Assembly (NCBI GenBank): GCA_947630865.1
Contig: CANRJE010000001.1
Location: forward strand, 1 to 54,734
Reading direction: 5' to 3'
DNA from: an uncultured Bacilli bacterium
GTDB taxonomy: Bacteria > Bacillota_I > Bacilli_A > RF39 > UBA660
Length of the DNA stretch: 54,734 nucleotides
The notes under the pieces were generated by a model, which saw only the letters and a program-made list of their open reading frames with translations, searched no databases and had not been told where the DNA came from. The translations under genes were made by a program, and so were the position numbers. Positions 28,783 through 38,599 of this stretch are shown here, piece by piece (the first letter of the stretch is position 1; every line of letters starts with the position of its first letter).

Positions 28783-29844
28783 TTAAGCTTTAAATATATA
28801 TTTCTTTTGAATTTTATAACCAATAAAATATATACATGTATCAACAATTACTTTAAAAACTGTTTCTAAAACGAAAGGGAAAAGATTATGAAGAATTAAA
28901 ACTAATAAAGCTGAAATAGCCATATTACAAACATTTAATAAATAAAATTTACCAATTATTTTCTCACTTTTCTCTTTGCTATCAAAAACTAAATATTTTG
29001 TCAAATTGAAATTAAGAAAAGCTGAAACTATTCTAGCAATAGCTGTTCCTATAACAATTGCTAAATTCGCATCTATTGTATTAAAAAACTTTATAAATAA
29101 CGTAAAAATAATTAAATCAACCATTGCAGCACATAAACTAGTTAAACCATATTTAATATATTCTGTTAACATTGCTTTATAAATAATTATAGAATCTATT
29201 ATACGGTTAAATTTTGACTCGCTTTTCTTATAGTAAATTGTGTTTATTGGTACAAATAATATATTTATTTTATTCTTAACAAATTTAATTAGCATATTCA
29301 TTTCATATTCGAATCTCTTACCACTAGACTCTAAACATAAATTTAAATGCCTATTAGGGATACCTCTTAAACCTGTTTGAGTATCTTTAATTTTAATGCC
29401 ATATAAAAAATTAAAAACAATAGAAGTCAATTTATTTCCAAACTTACTAGCAAAAGGAACTTTTTTAGAGTTAAAATCACGAACTCCCAAAATCAAACTA
29501 TCTTGATTTCCTAAAAGTCTCAAAGCAACATTGATAATATCAGTTGGTGCATGTTGATAATCAGCATCAACTGTTATAATACCTTTATATTTATTTTTAT
29601 AATTTTCTAAATAATAATTGATACCATACTTTAAAGCAACACCTTTACCTTTATTTGAAGAATATCCAATAACTTCTATATTATCAATTTTTTGTAATTC
29701 TTCAAAAATTTTATTATGTCTAGAATCACTTCCATCATTTATAATTAAAATTTTTCCTATTTCATATTCCTTTAAATCATCAACTAGTTTTTTTAATTTA
29801 TTACTAGGATTATATGCAGGAATTAATATTGCTACGTCTTTCAC
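28783..29844 (-). CDS. family 2 glycosyltransferase fused to a GtrA-like membrane domain
   Basis: N-terminus ILIPAYNPS...INDGSDS...VDADYQH is GT2, polyprenyl-phosphate sugar synthase-like. The C-terminal ~120 aa has four hydrophobic helices (GtrA-like). GTG start with GGAGGA upstream. Confidence 0.75.
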   Translation of the reverse strand: MKDVAILIPAYNPSNKLKKLVDDLKEYEIGKILIINDGSDSRHNKIFEELQKIDNIEVIGYSSNKGKGVALKYGINYYLENYKNKYKGIITVDADYQHAPTDIINVALRLLGNQDSLILGVRDFNSKKVPFASKFGNKLTSIVFNFLYGIKIKDTQTGLRGIPNRHLNLCLESSGKRFEYEMNMLIKFVKNKINILFVPINTIYYKKSESKFNRIIDSIIIYKAMLTEYIKYGLTSLCAAMVDLIIFTLFIKFFNTIDANLAIVIGTAIARIVSAFLNFNLTKYLVFDSKEKSEKIIGKFYLLNVCNMAISALLVLILHNLFPFVLETVFKVIVDTCIYFIGYKIQKKYIFKA

Positions 29845-29895
29845 AAATCCTCCATTTATTATGCAATTATAATTATACTAAAAAAAATAGTATTT

Positions 29896-29940
29896 GAAAA
29901 GAGAAAAAGCAAAGAAAATCTCTTATGAAATCTTTGCTTT
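29896..29940 (-). terminator. intrinsic terminator after the LCP gene
   Basis: Minus strand reads AAAGCAAAGA-(15 nt)-TCTTTGCTTT followed by TTCTCTTTTC. The stem starts at the stop codon. Confidence 0.55.
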
Positions 29941-31232
29941 TATGGATTGTTTTTTGAAGAAGTACTAGAATCAGTACCAGTATTAGTATTTCCTGAAGTT
30001 TCAGCCTCAGTACCTGGAGGAGTTGTTTCAGAACCAGTTGTACTTCCACTTCCTGTTCCTGAACTATCTCCACCATCTGGATTTCCAGGGTTAGGATCAG
30101 TTGGATCAGGACTTGTTTCTCCTGGAGTTGGTTCAGTAGGATTATCTGGATCAGTTGTTGGATTATTAGGATCGATTGGATTCCCTTCTTCATCTAAATT
30201 AGGATCATCTTCTAAATCTGGATTTTCTTCTTCTAAATTCTCATCTGGTTCTTCCTCTTCTGGTTCTTCTTTAGGTGGCACATAAACATGAGGAGTATTA
30301 ACCCAACCACTTGTATTTTCTTGATAACTACTGTCAAGTATCTTACCATCAAACACATCTTTAATAGCTTCCATAGCAGCATCTATCGTTTTTTGATCTG
30401 GCTCCATAACATATTTTTTTATAGTTGGAAATACACTCGAATAGTTTTCACTATCAAAACCATCTAAACTAATTGAAGTAAAATTCCATTTAGGCATTTT
30501 ATCAATCTGCAATTTAATAATTTGTAACATTTTTTCTGATGATAAATTCGTAATAAATTTACCATTAACAGATTCTAATAATGATGAATATTTTGTTAAA
30601 ATAGCTGGAGAAGTTGCTTTTTTAACAACTGCTTGGATTAAGGCTTGTTGATTTTCTCCTCTTGCTCTATCTCCACCTTTTAATACTTTCCTTGTTCTAA
30701 CAAACTCTAAAGCCTGTTTACCATTAATTCGATTATATCCCTTTTCAAAGTAATAATCATAATCAACCGTTCTAAAAGTATATTTGGAATAAACATCTAC
30801 TCCACCTAAAGCATTAACAATATCAACTACAGACATAAAATTAACTTTGAAGTAATAATTTATATCAATTTGCAATAAATCTTCAATAGTTTTAACTGTC
30901 ATCTCTGTTCCATATAAACCAGAATGCGTTAATTTATCACGATTTTCTTGACCATGAAGTTTAACATAATAATCTCTTGGAATATGAATCATTAGTATTT
31001 GATAAGTTTTAGGATTAACAACTACAACAATATTAACATCACTTCTCGTAATTGAAGTAATATCTCCAGCATTATCCATACCAGATATTAAAACAATAAA
31101 AGGATCTTTAGTAACATCAATATCTTTAGTAAAATCTTCTATATCTTCTTTTAAAGAAAACTCATAAATAATTGTATATTTATCTTCAATTGTATCGTCT
31201 TCTTCTGAAATTAATTTATAATCATCTTCCAT
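29940..31232 (-). CDS. LytR-CpsA-Psr (LCP) family catalytic domain with a Pro/Asp/Glu/Thr/Gly-rich C-terminal tail (3-prime part of an interrupted gene)
   Basis: PFIVLISGMD...RSDVNIVVVVNPKT..ILMIHIPRDYYV is the LCP core. No signal peptide or TM helix is present in this ORF. It is in frame with the upstream ORF across a single TAA. Confidence 0.8.
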   Translation of the reverse strand: MEDDYKLISEEDDTIEDKYTIIYEFSLKEDIEDFTKDIDVTKDPFIVLISGMDNAGDITSITRSDVNIVVVVNPKTYQILMIHIPRDYYVKLHGQENRDKLTHSGLYGTEMTVKTIEDLLQIDINYYFKVNFMSVVDIVNALGGVDVYSKYTFRTVDYDYYFEKGYNRINGKQALEFVRTRKVLKGGDRARGENQQALIQAVVKKATSPAILTKYSSLLESVNGKFITNLSSEKMLQIIKLQIDKMPKWNFTSISLDGFDSENYSSVFPTIKKYVMEPDQKTIDAAMEAIKDVFDGKILDSSYQENTSGWVNTPHVYVPPKEEPEEEEPDENLEEENPDLEDDPNLDEEGNPIDPNNPTTDPDNPTEPTPGETSPDPTDPNPGNPDGGDSSGTGSGSTTGSETTPPGTEAETSGNTNTGTDSSTSSKNNP

Positions 31233-31244
31233 TAATAAAGCATC

Positions 31245-31799
31245 TTATTCTTTAAGTTCAAAGGCTTCAAGCATAATCGTTAAATCAATATAATCTTTAG
31301 TATCAATTTTTATTTTACTATTTATGTGTTCAATTGCTTTATCATAATTCATATTTAAAACTTCTACATATCCTAAGTTTTTATTATTAAGATCATCAAT
31401 TTTTTTATAATCAGATTTTTTATCTACTAAAACATAGTAATTTCTAGTTATATAATTATGTGTTATAAAAGTTCTATCTAAAAAATTAAATGTTGTACAT
31501 AAATAATAGAAAATAAAACCTAAAAATATTTCAAATATAATCATTAAACTAGCAAATATTATTTTTAAAATTCTATTTTTTTGTTTCTTTATTAAAATAA
31601 ACAGAGATACACTCGGAACAATTATAATTATAGCAAAATATACTACTAAATATTTATATGGTAAAACATTATATTTTAATATTATATATGTATTCAAAAA
31701 TAAAAGAATTGCTAAAACTAGTATAATAATTAATAAAAATACATTGTATTTTTTTAACTTTCTAGTATGTTTCTTTCTAGTACGCATTTTTTCACCCAC
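31245..31799 (-). CDS. membrane-anchor/N-terminal part of the LCP protein (5-prime part of an interrupted gene)
   Basis: Basic N-terminus, three hydrophobic helices, then a soluble segment. It ends in a TAA that is in frame with, and 4 codons before, the ATG of the LCP-domain ORF. Confidence 0.6.
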   Translation of the reverse strand: MGEKMRTRKKHTRKLKKYNVFLLIIILVLAILLFLNTYIILKYNVLPYKYLVVYFAIIIIVPSVSLFILIKKQKNRILKIIFASLMIIFEIFLGFIFYYLCTTFNFLDRTFITHNYITRNYYVLVDKKSDYKKIDDLNNKNLGYVEVLNMNYDKAIEHINSKIKIDTKDYIDLTIMLEAFELKE

Positions 31800-31907
31800 T
31801 AACTACTTATTCTTTTATATTATTATATAACAATAATAAAATTATTGCAAATCGATGTTAAAGAAATAAATTTCTTTAATTTATAAGGTTTTAACAACAA
31901 GTTTCAA

Positions 31908-32387
31908 TTATTCATCAATTAATTTTTTCATTAATTTTAACATATTTTTTTTATTGCTACAATACTTTTTAGGTTTAAAGTCCGATATTTTATTTAAAGC
32001 ATCTTCAAGACTTGAAACGGATTCTATACCTATAATATACCCTTCATCATTAAAATTATTAATAATTTGAACTTGATGATCATTTACATGTTCTTTATAT
32101 TTTTTATAACGAGGAACAGCAATTACTTTTTTTTCAAATTTTAAACCTGTTAAGATAGAACCTACTCCACCATGTGTAATAATAAAATTCGCATTCCGAA
32201 CTAAATCTTCAAATTCATCTTTACTAATTAAATCCAATATTTCTAAATTCTTGCTTTGATAGTCTTTAGAATATCCCGCTTGAACAATTACTTTTTCTTT
32301 AATTACTTTTTTATCAATTAATCTATCAAGTTCTTCTAAAAGTCTTGTGAACTTTTTATCTTGTGTTCCAAGTGTTACTAATATCAT
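31908..32387 (-). CDS. PssE/Cps14G-like glycosyltransferase subunit (Alg13-like, GT28 C-terminal domain)
   Basis: MILVTLGTQDKKFTRLLEELDRL... ITHGGVGSI pattern. Paired with the Alg14-like gene upstream. Confidence 0.75.
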   Translation of the reverse strand: MILVTLGTQDKKFTRLLEELDRLIDKKVIKEKVIVQAGYSKDYQSKNLEILDLISKDEFEDLVRNANFIITHGGVGSILTGLKFEKKVIAVPRYKKYKEHVNDHQVQIINNFNDEGYIIGIESVSSLEDALNKISDFKPKKYCSNKKNMLKLMKKLIDE

Positions 32388-32397
32388 ACTTCCTCCT

Positions 32398-32871
32398 TTA
32401 AAAGATAAATCCCATATAGATTGCTTTCGGATAAAGTTCTAACATGCTTTCCCATTGAACTAAAAAATAATCAGCAATAGGATAAATTAATTTTCCTGCT
32501 AATGTTTTAGAAGTTCTATTAGCAAGTGTTTCTATATAAATAATTTTTTTTCTAAAAAGTTTTCCAATATAGCACATAAAAAAGGCTGTATGTGTTCCTG
32601 TTGTTACTATAACATCAGGTCTTACTTTTAAAAACAAATAAAAAGATTTAAAAAAATTAAAAATAAATTTAAAAATATATGTGAATATATGAGATTTTGT
32701 TCCATAAACTAAATAATAAACATTTTTATACTTATCTTTTAAATATAAATTAGATTTAGTTTTTTCGGTTACAATAGTTGTATCATAATATTTAAATAAA
32801 TCTTCAAGTTGTAAAAGTTCTGATAAATGTCCACCAGTTGACGATATAAACATTACTTTTTTCTTTTTCAT
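32398..32871 (-). CDS. PssD/Cps14F-like glycosyltransferase membrane subunit (Alg14-like)
   Basis: MFISSTGGHLSELLQL motif, with a hydrophobic middle segment. Confidence 0.75.
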   Translation of the reverse strand: MKKKKVMFISSTGGHLSELLQLEDLFKYYDTTIVTEKTKSNLYLKDKYKNVYYLVYGTKSHIFTYIFKFIFNFFKSFYLFLKVRPDVIVTTGTHTAFFMCYIGKLFRKKIIYIETLANRTSKTLAGKLIYPIADYFLVQWESMLELYPKAIYMGFIF

Positions 32872-32891
32872 ATTATAAGTTTCTCCTTCTT

Positions 32892-34454
32892 TTATTTTTC
32901 TTTAACATAACTAAGAAGTGTTCCTGTTAAAAATCCTAAGAAAAGTGTTACAATCCACTCATCAAAGACATTTCCCGTTAATGGACCTATTAAATAAACT
33001 AACAATATACAAAATACTAAAGTCATGTTCATATAATTAAATTGTTTTTTCTTTTTAAACATTAAATATAAAGCATAAAAAGTAATTCCTAAATATGGCA
33101 TAATAAGTAAAATTATTCCAATTATTCCAATCGTATACATATGAACTAAAATATCATTTTCCATATATATATGAGCATTTCTTGGTCTTGTAAAGGAAAA
33201 GCCAAATAAGTAATCTAATTTATTATTATTTAGTTCAGACACTCTATGCATTAAAAGAGTCTTTAATTCTCGATGATCAGCCCTATCTTTATATCTAATA
33301 TCAAAAGCCGAAAACCAAAAATCAGGGTCTAATTCATAATTATAATATTCAATTATATATTTCTCGTCCATTCCATATATTTCATAATAATCTCTTATAA
33401 ATTCTGTCTTGATTTTTTTTATCTCTTCTTCTTTATTAGATTTTTCTAATTCCTTTATTTTTTCTTTTGTTTCAATTAATTTTAAATCTGCACCTGTTTC
33501 TTTAATTCTTTTCAAGATAATTGCTTCCATTTCATCAGCATAGGTTCTATTAGCAACTGGTAAATAAGGATAAATACTAATTGTTAACATCATAAAAATA
33601 AGTGGAAACAAAACATTTTTTTCAAATCTAATTTTTTCTTTATTTTTAAGTTTAAAAAAGTAATAAAGAACAATTGAAGCAACTAAAACTGCAATCATTC
33701 CTAAAGATGCAATACGAGTTCCTATCATTAGCATTGAAAACATTGTTAAAAATAAAACTATGATGTTTGATACTTTAAATTTATCTTTTAAGACAATATA
33801 CATAAGATACGGAAATAGCATTGTCATTAAAGCACTAATCTGATTTCCCATATGAAATATTCCCTTACTAGCAATATATTCATACCCTACACTATCATAA
33901 ATTCCTGGCTTAAACCAATCAAAAAACGTTGCTTTAATTATTTTATTTCCATCTGCATAAGAAGTTAAAGATATTCCTAAAAAATTAGTTACAATAATTA
34001 CAATAGAAAAAATAAAATATATTGCTAAAACAATTTTTCTAATTTCTTTATAAGTAATTTTTTTTTCATAACTAACAAAAACAAGTAACAAAGGACAAAG
34101 CATTCTAATAATATAAAAAATTTCTTTCACAAATGAAAAACTTTGATAATTAGGAATTGTATCTAAAAAATTAAGAGAATTATAAATATGTAAAACTGTA
34201 TATAAAAAATAAATTATTCCTAACAAGGCCACATATTTAAATTTAATTTTTTTTCTTAATATTAAATATGATGTTATAACTAAATAAATTATAAAAATCA
34301 TTCTGATAATCGTAGATGGAGAAAACTTAAATATACTTATGATTTTATCAGTATAAAGATAATATATATCAAATATTGGTTGAAGAATCATAAAAATGAT
34401 TAAAATAATTCGACTTTTTTCTATAACTTTTTCTAAATTCATACTATCACGCAT
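32892..34454 (-). CDS. polytopic membrane protein, putative polysaccharide polymerase (Wzy / O-antigen ligase-like)
   Basis: 520 aa, more than 10 predicted TM helices, with a large charged loop. The call rests on context between glycosyltransferases and a Wzx flippase. Confidence 0.5.
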   Translation of the reverse strand: MRDSMNLEKVIEKSRIILIIFMILQPIFDIYYLYTDKIISIFKFSPSTIIRMIFIIYLVITSYLILRKKIKFKYVALLGIIYFLYTVLHIYNSLNFLDTIPNYQSFSFVKEIFYIIRMLCPLLLVFVSYEKKITYKEIRKIVLAIYFIFSIVIIVTNFLGISLTSYADGNKIIKATFFDWFKPGIYDSVGYEYIASKGIFHMGNQISALMTMLFPYLMYIVLKDKFKVSNIIVLFLTMFSMLMIGTRIASLGMIAVLVASIVLYYFFKLKNKEKIRFEKNVLFPLIFMMLTISIYPYLPVANRTYADEMEAIILKRIKETGADLKLIETKEKIKELEKSNKEEEIKKIKTEFIRDYYEIYGMDEKYIIEYYNYELDPDFWFSAFDIRYKDRADHRELKTLLMHRVSELNNNKLDYLFGFSFTRPRNAHIYMENDILVHMYTIGIIGIILLIMPYLGITFYALYLMFKKKKQFNYMNMTLVFCILLVYLIGPLTGNVFDEWIVTLFLGFLTGTLLSYVKEK

Positions 34455-35601
34455 CCAATAATTTTTCTATTTTTTTAATAATTGCATTAATATCATACTT
34501 GTAATTTTTTAAATTTTTTTGATATTTTTCTAACTGTTTCTTATTATTAATAACACTTAGAATACCATTATACAACCCTTCTTCACTATTTTCAACAACA
34601 ATGCCATATTTATCTTTAAGAGTTTCTTCTATACTTAATACTTTCGTTGCTAAAATAGGAATTTTTAAAGTTAAAGTTTCTAAGACAACAATACTATATG
34701 CCTCATATCTTGATGGTAATATAAATAAATCAGCAGCAGCTATATAAGGATATGGATTGACTTTTTTTCCTAAAAGTTTTACTTTATCCTCTAAATTATA
34801 TAATGAAACTAAACTTTTAATTTTATCATAATCAACTCCATCTCCAATTAAGTAAAAACAAACATCGTTTAATTTTTTTTCCAAATCTATTTTATGCAAT
34901 ACTTCAACTAATCTATCATATCCTTTTTGATAATGCATTCTACCAACTGATACAATATTAAGTTTAGAATTAGAGTATTTAACTTTTTCTAAAGTACTAC
35001 CTTTAATTATTTTTTCAGAATCAATTAAATTATAAACAACATCTAAAGATTTAGCTTTATAATATTTAGAAAATTCATTAATAACATCATTGCTAACTCC
35101 TATTATTTTATCAAATTTAAAATATATTTCTTGAAATAATTTTTTATATTTTTTAACAGGGTCAGAGATTCCATAATCTGTATGCAACCAATGATATTTT
35201 ACTAAACTATCTCCATATCCTGTAAAAGCAGCTGTAAAACCATCTTTAAAAGCAATTTCAACATCATACTTTTTAGTTAAACACTTTTTTCTTTCTTTTA
35301 TAATTCTTTTGCCAATTAATTTTGTTTTTAAAAGAAAAACTAATCTTATTTTTTTTAATATTAAATTTATATTTTTACTTTTAATTACATCTTTAATTGT
35401 ATAATCAACAGCTCTAAAAAAAGGAGTTCCATATATAATATTAATACGTTTATCTAATTCATTTAAATAATCTCCATTATTATCAAGTATCATAATATCT
35501 ATTTCGTATTTATCTAAATTAATAAAGTTCAAAATATCTTGAAGAACAACTGATACTCCACCCATTTTTCTTTCATCAATAACAAATAATACTTTTTTCA
35601 C
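34447..35601 (-). CDS. glycosyltransferase family 4 (GT-B)
   Basis: The C-terminal half has GRMHYQKGYD...PSRYEAYSIVVLETLTLKIPILAT (EX7E-type motif). Confidence 0.8.
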   Translation of the reverse strand: MKKVLFVIDERKMGGVSVVLQDILNFINLDKYEIDIMILDNNGDYLNELDKRINIIYGTPFFRAVDYTIKDVIKSKNINLILKKIRLVFLLKTKLIGKRIIKERKKCLTKKYDVEIAFKDGFTAAFTGYGDSLVKYHWLHTDYGISDPVKKYKKLFQEIYFKFDKIIGVSNDVINEFSKYYKAKSLDVVYNLIDSEKIIKGSTLEKVKYSNSKLNIVSVGRMHYQKGYDRLVEVLHKIDLEKKLNDVCFYLIGDGVDYDKIKSLVSLYNLEDKVKLLGKKVNPYPYIAAADLFILPSRYEAYSIVVLETLTLKIPILATKVLSIEETLKDKYGIVVENSEEGLYNGILSVINNKKQLEKYQKNLKNYKYDINAIIKKIEKLLDA

Positions 35602-36563
35602 TTATAACCTCCTATTATAGTTAAAATTTTTATATAAAATTTATTAAAAGTTAATAAATAAATTCCTTTTAATGATTTATAAAAATACTTATTTTTTCTA
35701 TAATTAGGAAAATTCTTTTTAACATTATAAGTTGCTTCATTATATGCCTTATTAATCATTTCTAAATCATTATAATTAAGTGCACTTTTCATAAATGTTG
35801 CATATAAATAACGAACATAAGCATACTCTAATTCTAAAGAATATTTATCATATAAATTGTTTTTTTTATAAAAATCTAAAACACCATTAAAATTTGTAAT
35901 ATAATTAAATAATCTTTCATCAAAAGTTCTAGTTATAGCTCCTTCTCTTTGTAAATAATTATATAAAGGCTCTTTAACTACACCAATACTTTTTATATAA
36001 GGAAAAAGTCGATATAAAAATTCAACATCTTCAAACCATACTCCTTCTTTAAATAAAATTTTACTTTCTTTTAATAATTGATGATTAAAAATCTTATTCC
36101 AAGCAGCAGGATATATATTAATCATTGCTTTTTTTAATTCTTCTTCTTTTTCGATATCTTTTAAAATGTTAGATGATGCTAAAACCTTTTTATCAGGATA
36201 AATATAAGTTAAATCAGAAACAACAACAGAAAAATTTTTTTCTAAAGCCTTTTTATACATCTTTTCATACATATCTAATTCAACATAATCATCACTATCA
36301 ACAAATGCTATATATTCTCCTCTTGCTTTTTTTAAACCAGTATTTCTAGCACTTGACAATCCGCCATTTTCTTTTTTATAGGCTTTAATATTTTTATACT
36401 TCTTTTTGTATTCATCAATTATCTCTTGACTATTATCTAAAGAACCATCATTAACAATAATTATTTCAATTTCTTTTAAAGTCTGATTAACTAAACTATC
36501 TAAGCATTTTCTTAAATATGGATAAACATTATAAACTGGTACAATAATACTAACTTTAATCAT
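35598..36563 (-). CDS. glycosyltransferase family 2
   Basis: VSIIVPVYNVYPYLRKCLDSLVNQT...VNDGS...FVDSDD motifs. Confidence 0.85.
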   Translation of the reverse strand: MIKVSIIVPVYNVYPYLRKCLDSLVNQTLKEIEIIIVNDGSLDNSQEIIDEYKKKYKNIKAYKKENGGLSSARNTGLKKARGEYIAFVDSDDYVELDMYEKMYKKALEKNFSVVVSDLTYIYPDKKVLASSNILKDIEKEEELKKAMINIYPAAWNKIFNHQLLKESKILFKEGVWFEDVEFLYRLFPYIKSIGVVKEPLYNYLQREGAITRTFDERLFNYITNFNGVLDFYKKNNLYDKYSLELEYAYVRYLYATFMKSALNYNDLEMINKAYNEATYNVKKNFPNYRKNKYFYKSLKGIYLLTFNKFYIKILTIIGGYK

Positions 36564-37524
36564 TCTTACCTCTTTTTTTATTTAATATAAAATTCAATAT
36601 TTTAATTTGATTATAATAGAAAAGATTACAAACTATTTTATATTTTATATTTTCTTCTTTATAATATTCATTTTTACGAAACTTAGGAAATTCTTTTTTC
36701 ATAACTTCATGAACACGTTTTATATTTTTCCATCCTTCTTTAAATTTTAAAAATCTTAAATTAGCAGCATGAAGCAAATACTCTATATAGATATATTCTA
36801 ATTCTTCTTTACCTTCATCAAAAACACCATATTCTACAAATTTTTCTTTTAAATAGGAAAGAACATAAAAAATATCTTCAAAACGCTTATCATATTCATT
36901 TTTATTTAAAATAGAACCTTCTCTTTGACGATAATAGTAAAGTGGCTCTTTTAAATAGGCTTGACTATTTGTAAGTAAAGAAAGAAGAGGCATAATAGCA
37001 TTATCTTCATGAATATATCCTTCTAAAAATTCAATTTTATTTTTTACATAAAAATCTTTTTTAATTAATTTTCCCCAAGCAGATGGCATAGAGGTTGCCA
37101 TACTTTTTATTTTATCAGAATGAAAATGACTAATCATAGGAATTTCTTCGTAATTATTAGCATCATACCATTTAAAATAATCTGCAAATACTATATCATA
37201 ATTATTTTCTAAAGCCTTGTTATACATTTTTTCTAAGGCTCTAGTTTCCAAAAAATCATCACTGTCGACGAAAAAAAGATATTCTCCTTTTGCATATTTA
37301 ATGGCTACATTTCTAGCATTAGCAAGACCCCCATTTTTTTTATAAACTATTTTTATTCTGTTATCATCATAATGTTCTTCAATTAATTTGATTGAATCAT
37401 CTTTCGTTCCATCGTTTACAACAATAATTTCAAAATCTTTAAATGTTTGATTTACTATACTATCAATACATTCTATTATATAATCTCTCACATTATAAAC
37501 TGGTACAATTACGCTTATTTTCAT
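36556..37524 (-). CDS. glycosyltransferase family 2
   Basis: ISVIVPVYNVRDYIIECIDSIVNQT...VNDGT...FVDSDD motifs. Paralogous to the adjacent GT2. Confidence 0.85.
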   Translation of the reverse strand: MKISVIVPVYNVRDYIIECIDSIVNQTFKDFEIIVVNDGTKDDSIKLIEEHYDDNRIKIVYKKNGGLANARNVAIKYAKGEYLFFVDSDDFLETRALEKMYNKALENNYDIVFADYFKWYDANNYEEIPMISHFHSDKIKSMATSMPSAWGKLIKKDFYVKNKIEFLEGYIHEDNAIMPLLSLLTNSQAYLKEPLYYYRQREGSILNKNEYDKRFEDIFYVLSYLKEKFVEYGVFDEGKEELEYIYIEYLLHAANLRFLKFKEGWKNIKRVHEVMKKEFPKFRKNEYYKEENIKYKIVCNLFYYNQIKILNFILNKKRGKND

Positions 37525-38598
37525 TTATCCTCCTATTATTTTATCAAGTTTTTTTAAGACATCTTTATCATATTTAACTGGATTAAATTTCTTAGTAATT
37601 TTATAACCATTATCCAAAAATTTTTTAACTCCTAAATAATACGCTTCCTCATCAAATTCTGTTACAATACCAAAACCATCTATTTCTAATAAAGCATCCG
37701 ACACATTTGTTGTAATTATAGGTTTTTTTAGAATCTTAGCTTCTAAATAGACAACAGGATTTCCCTCTCTAAACGATGATAACAATACTGCATCTGCTAA
37801 TTTATAAAATGGAAAAACATTACTTTGTTTACCAAAAAATTTAACATGACTAGAAATATTTAATTCCTTTACTAAATCTAAATACATTTGATGATCAGGT
37901 CCATCTCCAACTAGCCACAATTCAAAATCATAACCCTCTTTTAATAATCTATCAATAACTCTAATCATCATTGTAAGTCTTTTAGCACCTTCTTCGTGCC
38001 GTCCTACATTAAGTAATGTTAATTTTTGTTTTTTTACATTAATTTCTTTTTTTAATAAATCATTAATCATTTCATAGTCAATTAAATTATTCATGACAAA
38101 AAGTTCTTGTTTACTATTCTTATAGGCTTTTAAATAATCTTCTTTTATTTTATTAGCAACAAATATAACTTTTTTATATTTCTTAGCATTTATATATTTA
38201 ATAAAATCAATCATTTCTTCTTTTTCTTTAGCATATTCATTATGAATCCAAATTGCATTGTTTTTAGAAAAACGTTTGGCTAAAACATTACAACTTTTAA
38301 CAACAGTTGAAAAACAAGCAGCAAAATAAAACCTATGGTAATATTTAATTGTAAAATAAAGTAAACGAAAAGCATTATGCATTTTTCTTATGAAAATATT
38401 TTTAGAAATAGACATATTAAAATTTAAAATCGTTACATATTCAGGAACTTCATCTAAATAAATTCCTATTTTTCTATTTAACATTAAATAAATATCATAT
38501 TTTTCTTTGTCCAATTTCTTTATAAAATTTAAAATTGCTCTTTCTGTTCCACCTATATCTAAAGTACTAGCTAAAAAAATAATTTTTTTCTTTTCCAT
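37525..38598 (-). CDS. glycosyltransferase family 4 (GT-B)
   Basis: GGTERA at the N-terminus and LLSSFREGNPVVYLEAKILKKPIITT at the C-terminus. Confidence 0.75.
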   Translation of the reverse strand: MEKKKIIFLASTLDIGGTERAILNFIKKLDKEKYDIYLMLNRKIGIYLDEVPEYVTILNFNMSISKNIFIRKMHNAFRLLYFTIKYYHRFYFAACFSTVVKSCNVLAKRFSKNNAIWIHNEYAKEKEEMIDFIKYINAKKYKKVIFVANKIKEDYLKAYKNSKQELFVMNNLIDYEMINDLLKKEINVKKQKLTLLNVGRHEEGAKRLTMMIRVIDRLLKEGYDFELWLVGDGPDHQMYLDLVKELNISSHVKFFGKQSNVFPFYKLADAVLLSSFREGNPVVYLEAKILKKPIITTNVSDALLEIDGFGIVTEFDEEAYYLGVKKFLDNGYKITKKFNPVKYDKDVLKKLDKIIGG

Positions 38599-38599
38599 T

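Noticed and set aside
29873-30285. Two extra ORFs (29873-30193 on the minus strand, 29947-30285 on the plus strand) and raised G+C over the LCP tail, considered as a possible foreign insert.
   Set aside because: Both are alternative frames of the low-complexity Pro/Gly/Asp/Glu/Thr tail. The composition shift is explained by amino-acid content, so there is no evidence of horizontal transfer.
31866-31887. Palindrome TTAAAGAAA-taaa-TTTCTTTAA after the Alg13-like gene as a terminator.
   Set aside because: The stem is purely A/T, and no T-tract follows in the direction of transcription. The evidence is too weak to call.
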